From IMG/VR virus record IMGVR_UViG_3300045733_000484: a stretch of DNA of 64,000 nt, one strand, 5' to 3'. A model generated the notes under the pieces. That model saw only the letters and a list, made by a program, of their open reading frames with translations. It was not told the origin of the DNA and made no database searches. A program made the position numbers and the translations under genes. This stretch comes from an uncultured virus (IMG/VR IMGVR_UViG_3300045733_000484) (lineage: Duplodnaviria; Heunggongvirae; Uroviricota; Caudoviricetes). Positions 18,843-26,625 of this stretch are shown one piece after another. Position 1 is the first letter of the stretch; every line of letters begins with the position of its first letter.

Positions 18843-19410
18843 ATTTTATTTCTTTGAATGATGTCGTCTCAAAGACACCAAACTCGCCCTTGTGCTCTGG
18901 ACGGTATGACCCAATGCCATACATTATACCAGCCTGTTCAAGTATTGATTTGACGGTCTCAGAAGTAATAGTATCATTCTTCACAATTACTGTAAATTCA
19001 AGCGATAACTTGTTCCACCTTGGCCTTATTGTAATAATTCTGGCCTTTACATTTCTGTTAACAGCACTTCTTTTATCAATGGTATCGAAGTCTCTTATAA
19101 GGATCTCTTCTGGTTCAATAGAAAATAATCCGGCTACAATATTGGTCATGGATTTTCTTCCATTACCAACCTTTGATTTAACCTGCCCTCCACCATTTAC
19201 CATTGATTGTTTGATATGTTCTGATGGAACAAAGCATTTATTATCAATATTACGATAGCAATGAAACTCAGCTCTTACAAGATCTGTGTGAGCAATATCT
19301 TCACGCTCGATAATTCCACCGCGTTCTTTTTCCCATGCTTCCAATTTCTGGTCATCCATACGATGCTGCATGTACTTCTCAGTAAAAATAGACACTTTAA
19401 ACTTTTTCAT
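18841..19410 (-). CDS. Stand-alone Cas7/RAMP-superfamily RNA-binding protein
   Basis: 189 aa with FVPSEHIKQSM (RAMP xP..xK motif), RPRW..LSLEF.V strand and C-terminal glycine-rich loop AG..YGIGSYRPEHKGEFGVF; no other cas genes nearby. Confidence 0.75.
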   Translation of the reverse strand: MKKFKVSIFTEKYMQHRMDDQKLEAWEKERGGIIEREDIAHTDLVRAEFHCYRNIDNKCFVPSEHIKQSMVNGGGQVKSKVGNGRKSMTNIVAGLFSIEPEEILIRDFDTIDKRSAVNRNVKARIITIRPRWNKLSLEFTVIVKNDTITSETVKSILEQAGIMYGIGSYRPEHKGEFGVFETTSFKEIK

Positions 19411-19437
19411 TTTTGTAGATTTTTAGATTAATAATTA

Positions 19438-19872
19438 AAAACACTTTACGAAACATGACATTACTAAACATCACTTTACTATACAGTACTGCGATTCGCA
19501 TCACATTACTATACTAAAAAACACTTTACTTTACCTCACAACACTTGACATTACAAAACGTTACTTTAAAACACTTGACCTTACCCTACGGTACACCACA
19601 TAACTTTACATTAAAAAACTTTACAGGACTGTATAGGACACCACAACACTCTACATTACGCTACAGCACATAAAAACACTAAACAGTACTCCACTTCACT
19701 TGACCTTACTTAACAAAACTGTAAAACACTTCACTTTACAAAACTGCACCTCACTTTACTGGACGTCACATCACAATACTTTAAATTACTTTACTATACG
19801 CCACCGGACTGAACTTAGCGCCACGGAACCCAACTAAACATCACATAACTTGACCAGACAATACATAACGAA
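19438..19872 (-). repeat. 5-nt-periodic non-coding array (87 in-phase pentamers, 7 units); putative guide-RNA array
   Basis: Plus-strand pentamers ACnnn in unbroken register: 76 of 87 start with AC, 2 with GC, 7 are AA-starting delimiters (19438, 19518, 19568, 19613, 19673, 19723, 19783); no ORF. Confidence 0.9.
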
Positions 19873-19903
19873 ATAAAAATGGCCCGGTTGTTGGCCGGAC
19901 CAT
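19871..19903 (-). terminator. Hairpin plus U-tract immediately upstream of the array
   Basis: Minus strand ATGGTCCGG-CCAACAA-CCGGGCCAT-TTTTATTT. Confidence 0.6.
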
Positions 19904-19922
19904 GTTCATAATTAAAAACTCT

Positions 19923-20402
19923 TTAATACATCAGATCAGTCTCATCCGGACCTTCAGGTGAATTACCTTTTTTTGTTGATCCAAGATCTAACTTTGATGC
20001 TTTACCTTCTACCTGTTTAAGATTATACGAAACAGAATCTTCAAATTCATCTTCTTCTGGTACAGTAAGTCCATATTTGAGATATACATCACTTGTATCA
20101 TAAGCATTAATTTCAATAATATGATAAAATGATTTATTTGATACTTCATTACTGAATTGGAAGACAGGAATGTTATGTTGCATTGCATTAGAGATCTCGG
20201 AATACACTCCTTTACCTACATATCCTTTATTAAACCCGGTGACAATGACTACATCAGCGTTTAAAAGCTTCTTCTCGTCATATCTTCCGGAGTTATGGAA
20301 TTGAATGCTTTTTTCACCAAAGAAGTCTTTTAATACTTGCAGCTCTTTAAGCATATTGACTGCCGGTGTAGCATTCATCTTAGAATAGTAAACCTTTGTC
20401 AT
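19923..20402 (-). CDS. Nucleoside 2-deoxyribosyltransferase-like protein
   Basis: ADVVIV...VGKGVYSEI..AMQHNIPVF matches the NDT-fold D/GxxxE/A...IPV pattern. Confidence 0.55.
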   Translation of the reverse strand: MTKVYYSKMNATPAVNMLKELQVLKDFFGEKSIQFHNSGRYDEKKLLNADVVIVTGFNKGYVGKGVYSEISNAMQHNIPVFQFSNEVSNKSFYHIIEINAYDTSDVYLKYGLTVPEEDEFEDSVSYNLKQVEGKASKLDLGSTKKGNSPEGPDETDLMY

Positions 20403-20406
20403 GATA

Positions 20407-20757
20407 TTACAGGTTATTCATGTCAATGCCATACAGGTCAGTACCTACCTGAACGGCGATATCATACAGAAGGGTTTTGTTCTTGAGCTGTTCTTTAACC
20501 TTCTGATATTCCCTGACAAAATTTGCTGCATCAATGTCACGGATAGCATTTACATCCATGGAGCTATTACTGGCACTTAGGTCAGTCATGGATGATAGCT
20601 TATTATTCAGCTGTCTTATCTCTGTTCTCTTCTCAAGAAGAAGGCTCAGGTGCGCCTCTTTGAGCTCCAAGCCGATTCTCTCAGCTCTCTCGCTCTGGAT
20701 CTTTTCATTATTCCTCTGGAGAATCTCTACCATTGGAATTGCTTTTGTTGCTGTCAT
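20407..20757 (-). CDS. Coiled-coil hypothetical protein
   Basis: Likely start MTATKAI at 20757. Confidence 0.6.
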   Translation of the reverse strand: MTATKAIPMVEILQRNNEKIQSERAERIGLELKEAHLSLLLEKRTEIRQLNNKLSSMTDLSASNSSMDVNAIRDIDAANFVREYQKVKEQLKNKTLLYDIAVQVGTDLYGIDMNNL

Positions 20758-20776
20758 TCTGTTGATTTTTAATTGT

Positions 20777-21334
20777 TTAGAAATTATAAATTGCAAACTC
20801 GATCATATAGTTCCTTATTGAAGTGCCATATGCATCATGGTTATTACTCTTGCCACCACTGATAAGAAATGCTTTTACGGATCCTGCTCCTCCAAGGTGA
20901 GCAGATGCGATGATCCCTGAGCGTGTTATTACAACGCCACAGATGATCTGCCCTACATATGAGTAGTAATCCTTCAGTATAGTCTCATTCATTCGTATGA
21001 GGCTTAAAAGGACCTTCCTTTGCAGTTCTTCCGGGAAGATGTTTGGATCATTCTTAAATCTGCCAGGTGTGATATATTTATATCCAAGCTCTCTTAATGT
21101 ACTTTGTGAGAATTGCCATTTACCAATACATCCAATAGTGTTTGTTATCCACCATTTGTTATTGGATTCTCTTACACCAAGGTTCTCAATAAATAGTTCA
21201 AAGTCTTTTTCTCTTAATCTCTGCTCAATAGAGAATTTTATCTTCTCAATTATCTCACCAGGATATGGTGCTGCCGGCGCTGACATTGGTATCACCAACT
21301 GTGATAATACCATGATTAATAGGATCTTTCTCAT
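20777..21334 (-). CDS. Lysozyme-like/lytic transglycosylase with N-terminal signal
   Basis: LGVRES...N..G.IGKWQF...SGIIASAHLGGAG...DAYGTS. Confidence 0.75.
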   Translation of the reverse strand: MRKILLIMVLSQLVIPMSAPAAPYPGEIIEKIKFSIEQRLREKDFELFIENLGVRESNNKWWITNTIGCIGKWQFSQSTLRELGYKYITPGRFKNDPNIFPEELQRKVLLSLIRMNETILKDYYSYVGQIICGVVITRSGIIASAHLGGAGSVKAFLISGGKSNNHDAYGTSIRNYMIEFAIYNF

Positions 21335-21345
21335 AGCTCATTTTT

Positions 21346-21984
21346 TTAGTTAGTGGATATTTCCGAAGTTATATTGTTATTTCTTATGATGTTCATTTCA
21401 TAGATCTTCTCAGGTTCCTTACCAAAGGCATACCAGTTATTATCTACCTTGACCATAGTTAGATTGGCATCCATTAATCTTCCTTCAATAGTCTCTGCAG
21501 ATGTAACAACCTCTTGTGTATTATCTTTATAATATGCTACATATTCAACATTTGCAAGATCTTGTGTAAAGGCATATACCGGATCCCGGGTGACAATTGT
21601 CTTAACAATCTTGGCTTTATAGAGTATTATCCATTTACCAATATTCTCTTTAAGAGTCTTTTCTCTTCTTTCTTCTGGAGTTAATTCTTTTGGTTTAGGA
21701 TGTTTCTTTATCCATGCAGAGTATTTGATATCCCATCTCTTACGATATCCTTGCATATATACAGCACAGATAATATCACTTCCAAAGAAAAACATTGGAA
21801 TGAATATTGTCCACCAGTAGCTATCATCCTTTATTGCATGGTCAAGGCTTATGTAAAGCGATATGAGACCGGCAACGGAGAATATGATTGTCTGCCATAA
21901 TCCTATTATCTCAAGATTCGTATGATCATTTCCATCAATCTTTTCTAAGATTAGATCGATCTTTTCAATAGTTTCTTTTTTCAT
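21346..21984 (-). CDS. Membrane protein (2 TM)
   Basis: Two hydrophobic segments near the N-terminus. Confidence 0.6.
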   Translation of the reverse strand: MKKETIEKIDLILEKIDGNDHTNLEIIGLWQTIIFSVAGLISLYISLDHAIKDDSYWWTIFIPMFFFGSDIICAVYMQGYRKRWDIKYSAWIKKHPKPKELTPEERREKTLKENIGKWIILYKAKIVKTIVTRDPVYAFTQDLANVEYVAYYKDNTQEVVTSAETIEGRLMDANLTMVKVDNNWYAFGKEPEKIYEMNIIRNNNITSEISTN

Positions 21985-22013
21985 AATTATCTATTATTAG
22001 TGGGTTTAATTTG

Positions 22014-22137
22014 AGGTGAGTACAGGACTCGAACCTGTAAAAATAAGACTTCGCTCATCCTTGTCTCCACATTAAATTTGTGGTTAGATTGGCTCACTTT
22101 TGCTGATCTTAATGTCTGCCGATTGCATCAACTCACC
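22014..22137 (-). tRNA. tRNA-like RNA with about 56 nt in place of the anticodon loop (anticodon undetermined)
   Basis: Acceptor stem GGTGAGT/ACTCACC, D-arm ATG-CAATCGGCAGA-CAT, stem TAAGAT/GTCTTA, T-arm ACAGG-TTCGAGT-CCTGT; no encoded CCA. Confidence 0.65.
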
Positions 22138-22232
22138 GAATAAAAAGAGGGAATTTCTCCCGTACATCCTCTCAGTCTGATCTAACCGAGGTTAACTTAA
22201 AAGGGTACCGGTTCATCACTCCCTCTAACAGG

Positions 22233-22694
22233 TTAGTTATTTTGTAAATTATGGTATTTGTTTATTATCATCACTACAATGCCGGCGCTTGCAACACCAA
22301 CAATAAGAGTATCTAACACAAATCTCGGGTTTGTTCGGAAAAAGATAAAACCTAAGCACATCCCAATCCAGGTAGTATTGCATATTATACATCTTCCAAT
22401 AGGTTTAGTGAAATAGTATAGAAACTTTGATTTCTTACGTGCTGGGACAGTACTAAAGTTCATATATTTAGCTTTACTCAGATCAAACCATAGATATATA
22501 GGCATTCTCCCATTCCATGATATCTTGAATAAGAATATACGAAATCTTAGTGTCTTAAACTTATGTCCGGCAAGATATTCAAGCCAATCCTTATACCATG
22601 AGAAGATCATGTCAGGATCCTGCATCCTGTTAAAGCCAAAGCCTACCCATGCGCTAATGATGCTCATGAGTAGGAGTGCTAATATATGTTCCAT
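22233..22694 (-). CDS. Membrane protein
   Basis: Three hydrophobic segments; KPIG.C..C.TTW motif. Confidence 0.6.
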   Translation of the reverse strand: MEHILALLLMSIISAWVGFGFNRMQDPDMIFSWYKDWLEYLAGHKFKTLRFRIFLFKISWNGRMPIYLWFDLSKAKYMNFSTVPARKKSKFLYYFTKPIGRCIICNTTWIGMCLGFIFFRTNPRFVLDTLIVGVASAGIVVMIINKYHNLQNN

Positions 22695-22696
22695 GA

Positions 22697-22987
22697 TTAT
22701 TCAGCTTCTGTAGCTGGTTCAAGATGATAGATACCTTTGGCATACATCTCTGCTTCCTCAGGTGTGGCCAGACGCAGCTTAGTACGGTCTATATGATGCC
22801 ACTTGTCATTAGATCTTTCTCTCTCATTACGGTTAACACCAATAGAGCTGCGATAGTCTTCAATGTCGAATGCACATTTTACTATACTGCCTATTTTGAC
22901 ATATTTAATGCCACAACCGGTAGCCTGTGTCTCAATACATACAAGGATAGTTCCTTCTTTGATTTCTCCTTCAATTCCTTTTTTCAT
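22697..22987 (-). CDS. Hypothetical protein
   Basis: RLATPEE motif common in Bacteroidota phage proteins. Confidence 0.6.
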   Translation of the reverse strand: MKKGIEGEIKEGTILVCIETQATGCGIKYVKIGSIVKCAFDIEDYRSSIGVNRNERERSNDKWHHIDRTKLRLATPEEAEMYAKGIYHLEPATEAE

Positions 22988-22997
22988 AATAGTGGGT

Positions 22998-23306
22998 TTA
23001 AATGGTTGACAATTTATAAACTAATTTGATAAATCCTGCAATGCCAGCATTAAAATATTCTTCAACATACATCTGGCATTGTACGGATGTTGACTTAGTT
23101 ATAAGAGTAACTATCTCTCTTTGAAGATCATTGATATGATCATCTTTGTATTCCTTACTTACTCTGTAAGCAATACTGTTAGCTTGGTTCCTCCAGTTGT
23201 CAGACAGCTTTGTGCTGCTGAACTTAGGTTTAGAAGGAATAATATCGCTGTTGCCTCTCATGCCTTTAGCGATAATCATGTGGTTGTAACTTGTCTCATT
23301 TAGCAT
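22998..23306 (-). CDS. Hypothetical protein
   Basis: 102-aa ORF. Confidence 0.5.
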   Translation of the reverse strand: MLNETSYNHMIIAKGMRGNSDIIPSKPKFSSTKLSDNWRNQANSIAYRVSKEYKDDHINDLQREIVTLITKSTSVQCQMYVEEYFNAGIAGFIKLVYKLSTI

Positions 23307-23455
23307 CTCTGTGGGTTTTTGATTTTTTCTTTTTATGAACTTCTATTTCTATTGTAAGCCAATGTTGTCCTGCAATGTTGCATTCATGTACTGGATTATA
23401 TACCTTATCAGCAATATATCTGGTATTCTTGGTTATTGCTTTGTGTATGTCTGAT

Positions 23456-23734
23456 TTATATCCCATGACTTTTATCTTTATCTTCTGCGTCTTTTTTTGC
23501 TATAAGGAAATGTTCCTCAGTAAGAGCAAAGACTTTATCAATCTCTTTATCCATGATATAATTACACAATGATTGAGCTGTGAATATTTTTGTTCTTGCC
23601 AGCCATGCATCTATAGCACCTTCAATACTCATTCCTTTTACTTCCGGAAGATTGTGATAGATCTTGAATGATATTTTCTCAGTAAACTTCTTTCTGTTAA
23701 GGTTGAATCTTACTACTGTCTCTGTTATTTTCAT
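23456..23734 (-). CDS. Hypothetical protein
   Basis: Packed ORF. Confidence 0.55.
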   Translation of the reverse strand: MKITETVVRFNLNRKKFTEKISFKIYHNLPEVKGMSIEGAIDAWLARTKIFTAQSLCNYIMDKEIDKVFALTEEHFLIAKKDAEDKDKSHGI

Positions 23735-24075
23735 GAGTCCTGTACGTTTACAACAAGGTTTCCTAATAGGTCTGTCTTAAGATAGTTAATCACATATTGG
23801 CTGGCAGGATAGTCAAGGTTCTCAAAGTCTTTATGTAATATAGTAATAGTAGCTACGTGGTGCATGTCATGAGGCTTTGGTGGCTCATATGCATATGGTA
23901 TCTTATTGATGTAGAGGAATGCCCTCAGAAAGCATGTGAGAGCATTTATCTCATCAATGTACATGTTGTTGGCTCCTGTTGGACCTACAGTCTTAAGAAC
24001 CATTATCTTTGCTATCATGATATCCTGGTATTGGCTTATTATCTTCATATGCTTTCTTCCTGTCAACAATGCCAT
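23731..24075 (-). CDS. Hypothetical protein
   Basis: Packed ORF. Confidence 0.55.
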   Translation of the reverse strand: MALLTGRKHMKIISQYQDIMIAKIMVLKTVGPTGANNMYIDEINALTCFLRAFLYINKIPYAYEPPKPHDMHHVATITILHKDFENLDYPASQYVINYLKTDLLGNLVVNVQDS

Positions 24076-24339
24076 TTATTATATGACATGACATATACAG
24101 GATTACAACAACAAGTATTACCCATGTTATTACAAGGGCATTTTCATTTTCTCCTGGTGGATCTATTCTACTCATGGTTTTTCTCCTTATCAATTTGTTG
24201 GTAATACCAGTATTTATGAGCTTGCTTCTGTTCTCTGTGTACAGCACATGAAGCCAGTAGTATCAGTATGAGCACAAATATAATTATCCTGTGCTCACAT
24301 CCTCTTGGTCGATTGTAATATTCTTCTCTTTCCATGGCC

Positions 24340-24654
24340 TTAGTTATGAAAGTCATGAAATATGGTATCACCCTTCTCAAATACTGGTAGACCAGGAACC
24401 CAGATCTTATCTACAACACCCTTGGTTATTCTGTTTACCCGGTATCGTGTGATATTCATCTTGTCACTGGCTTCCCCAGTAGTAAATAGTGTATCAGATA
24501 ATACGACACACTTCTCTTGCCATACAGTTGTTTGCTGATTACGAAGTGTAGCTCTATGGCCACTCTTACTCTGGCATGATGACAGAGATGCAATTAGAAA
24601 TACTACAAGTCCTATGAGGACCATAAATACGAACATTGTGTTTAATCTTTTCAT
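24340..24654 (-). CDS. Putative lipoprotein
   Basis: Hydrophobic signal followed by an LSSC lipobox-like motif. Confidence 0.55.
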   Translation of the reverse strand: MKRLNTMFVFMVLIGLVVFLIASLSSCQSKSGHRATLRNQQTTVWQEKCVVLSDTLFTTGEASDKMNITRYRVNRITKGVVDKIWVPGLPVFEKGDTIFHDFHN

Positions 24655-24676
24655 TGTTGTGGATTTTTAAATTTAT

Positions 24677-24934
24677 TTATAACTCTCGAATAATTGATTT
24701 TACTGGATCAATATCTATAGCATTATTCAGATTATACAGGAAACTAAATGCCATCATCTTCTGTGGTGTGTCAAGATCTCTTCTCAGACGGTCCATAACG
24801 AAGACCTTAGATTGTTTCTTCCTGTTTGCCTCTATATCCTTCAGCTTAGCCCTTAGCATTGCTTCAGTGGCTTCCATTTGCCTTCTGCGGGCATCTGCGA
24901 AGATCTTACCCAATGACTCATATACATTATCCAT
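24677..24934 (-). CDS. Hypothetical protein
   Basis: Packed ORF. Confidence 0.55.
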   Translation of the reverse strand: MDNVYESLGKIFADARRRQMEATEAMLRAKLKDIEANRKKQSKVFVMDRLRRDLDTPQKMMAFSFLYNLNNAIDIDPVKSIIREL

Positions 24935-24937
24935 GTC

Positions 24938-25189
24938 TTAAAATATTAAATCATCCATGACACACTCTACATGGTTCTCAGGAACACCCCAATGACGCAT
25001 TATATGAACCATCTGACTATTGGCCTTATGTGTCATATAGCTGCCTTCCCATACTATCATCTGGTTATCCTCATCCTTGATACTATGATCAAAGACCTGA
25101 ATGAAATACTCTCCCAATGGCATATCAAAGCCATAGGCTACTTCATACTTCTTACCCTTTATCTCAGGGTGAACTACATATCTACTCAT
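24938..25189 (-). CDS. Phage hypothetical protein
   Basis: EVAYGFD.PL.EYFIQV motif. Confidence 0.6.
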   Translation of the reverse strand: MSRYVVHPEIKGKKYEVAYGFDMPLGEYFIQVFDHSIKDEDNQMIVWEGSYMTHKANSQMVHIMRHWGVPENHVECVMDDLIF

Positions 25190-25437
25190 AATGCCATCAG
25201 TTTACCGCATTCAGTACCCAATAGGAAGACATAGCTATATATATCGAAGTCTTCCCTCTCACTCTTCGGTATTATAACATGCAATACCTGGTGATCAATA
25301 GTTACTGCTTCACCATTTCCTGATGTTACATACGCACTCAAGCCCTCTACATGTAAGGCATTTATACGACTAACAACTGCTGCTATCTGTCTGTCTAACA
25401 GGCTATGTGATAGCTCAAACTTAATCTCTACTCTCAT
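25186..25437 (-). CDS. Hypothetical protein
   Basis: First gene downstream of a promoter box. Confidence 0.55.
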   Translation of the reverse strand: MRVEIKFELSHSLLDRQIAAVVSRINALHVEGLSAYVTSGNGEAVTIDHQVLHVIIPKSEREDFDIYSYVFLLGTECGKLMAL

Positions 25438-25487
25438 TGTGTGGATTTATTAGTTATTATTAATTACTTGATAATCAGTTCTGCCTG

Positions 25488-25495
25488 CAAATATA
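25488..25495 (-). promoter_or_regulatory. Bacteroidota-type -7 promoter box
   Basis: TATATTTG (TAnnTTTG) on the minus strand, 50 nt upstream of the ORF starting at 25437. Confidence 0.55.
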
Positions 25496-25671
25496 ACAAT
25501 TTGACCCTTAATATAAGCTTCCATCCTATCTTCTCTACTACTCATACATAGATAGAGACTAAGGACTGTCGAAATATTATGTCATCCTAATATCCTTTTA
25601 TACATTTCTGTACTATTTCAACTCCCCACATGCCCCCTTGCTTGGCGAAGGCAAAGCCTCACGTAATGGCC

Positions 25672-25854
25672 TTATGCGAGCTTAGTAGATAAGACAAACC
25701 ATTGTTTATATATCTGTCTTTTGTCCGGATTGATATACCTGACATTGATACCTACAATAGAAGCAATGACTTGTTTTGATCCACATACATAGCTATTCTT
25801 GATGTTTGTCATGTCAATAACGATGAATAATGGTCTATTTATGTCCCTTTTCAT
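25672..25854 (-). CDS. Small hypothetical protein (possible HTH)
   Basis: 60 aa; SKQVIASIVGIN. Confidence 0.45.
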   Translation of the reverse strand: MKRDINRPLFIVIDMTNIKNSYVCGSKQVIASIVGINVRYINPDKRQIYKQWFVLSTKLA

Positions 25855-26050
25855 GATATTTGAGTATTAATTAGTCTTCGAATATAGACAATATGTATTG
25901 ATAGCTACCGTGTGGATACGACATTTACCGTTATATGACCCCAATATAGATGCATCACCAATGTATATGACTGACCATACCTTTATATATATAGCAACAC
26001 TCGACACCTACTTACAAATGCCATATATGCACTCATGCTTGTAGCTTATT

Positions 26051-26078
26051 AAAAAAAAGGGAGAGCTTTCGCTCCCCC
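26051..26078 (-). terminator. Intrinsic terminator
   Basis: Minus strand GGGGGAGC-GAAA-GCTCTCCC-TTTTTTTT after ORF 26093-26407. Confidence 0.8.
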
Positions 26079-26092
26079 AGTACAGGTCAGGA

Positions 26093-26407
26093 TTAAATCT
26101 TTCTGAAGCGTACTTCTTCTGCAACATCAGAAGGAATAGTCACCAGGTAACCTTCAGGCTCGAAGGTAGGCACATCCTTCTCAAGCTTGAATGGACTGTC
26201 AGTGATGCTCATTAAGTCTTCAACACTTGCCTGCCACTTGACATTCTTTGGCGTGCCGTTGTCCAACTTAAAGAAACAGAAAGATCTTTTCTTCTTTCCT
26301 GTCCAGCAGTCTACGATGCTTGCATCAGTAATTGTTACTTCCGGACGTGAGAATCCCAAAATTGTTGCGGCCTTCAGGCCTTTCGTGAAAGCGATTTTCT
26401 TTTCCAT
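26093..26407 (-). CDS. Hypothetical protein (first gene of the left arm)
   Basis: 104-aa ORF with an A-rich leader and its own terminator. Confidence 0.65.
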   Translation of the reverse strand: MEKKIAFTKGLKAATILGFSRPEVTITDASIVDCWTGKKKRSFCFFKLDNGTPKNVKWQASVEDLMSITDSPFKLEKDVPTFEPEGYLVTIPSDVAEEVRFRKI

Positions 26408-26597
26408 TTTGATTGATTATTAATTATTTGTTTCGAATCGACCCAGGGGGTAGGTCTATGGGATAGGTATCGTAGGGGGGATGTATATATGTTGTTTATG
26501 TTGTCATGGGGAGTTGGGGTTTAATTAATATCGTTAGTGGGTTAATGTGGGGGGATGTGGATTTTAATGTTATGGGTTAATGTATTATGAAATTGTA

Positions 26598-26605
26598 TAT
26601 CTTTG
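26598..26605 (+). promoter_or_regulatory. Bacteroidota-type -7 promoter box
   Basis: TATCTTTG 20 nt upstream of the first plus-strand ORF. Confidence 0.45.
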
Positions 26606-26625
26606 GGGTAGAAATGGTATAAGCT

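Noticed and set aside
19438..19872. Canonical CRISPR array or simple microsatellite
   Set aside because: There are no 23-50 bp identical repeats separated by spacers. Only 2 of every 5 bases are fixed and the units differ, so it is neither a CRISPR array nor a slippage repeat.
18768..19872. Upstream and downstream arrays share the same mod-5 register across the gene
   Set aside because: This has a 1-in-5 chance of occurring and no mechanism requires it.
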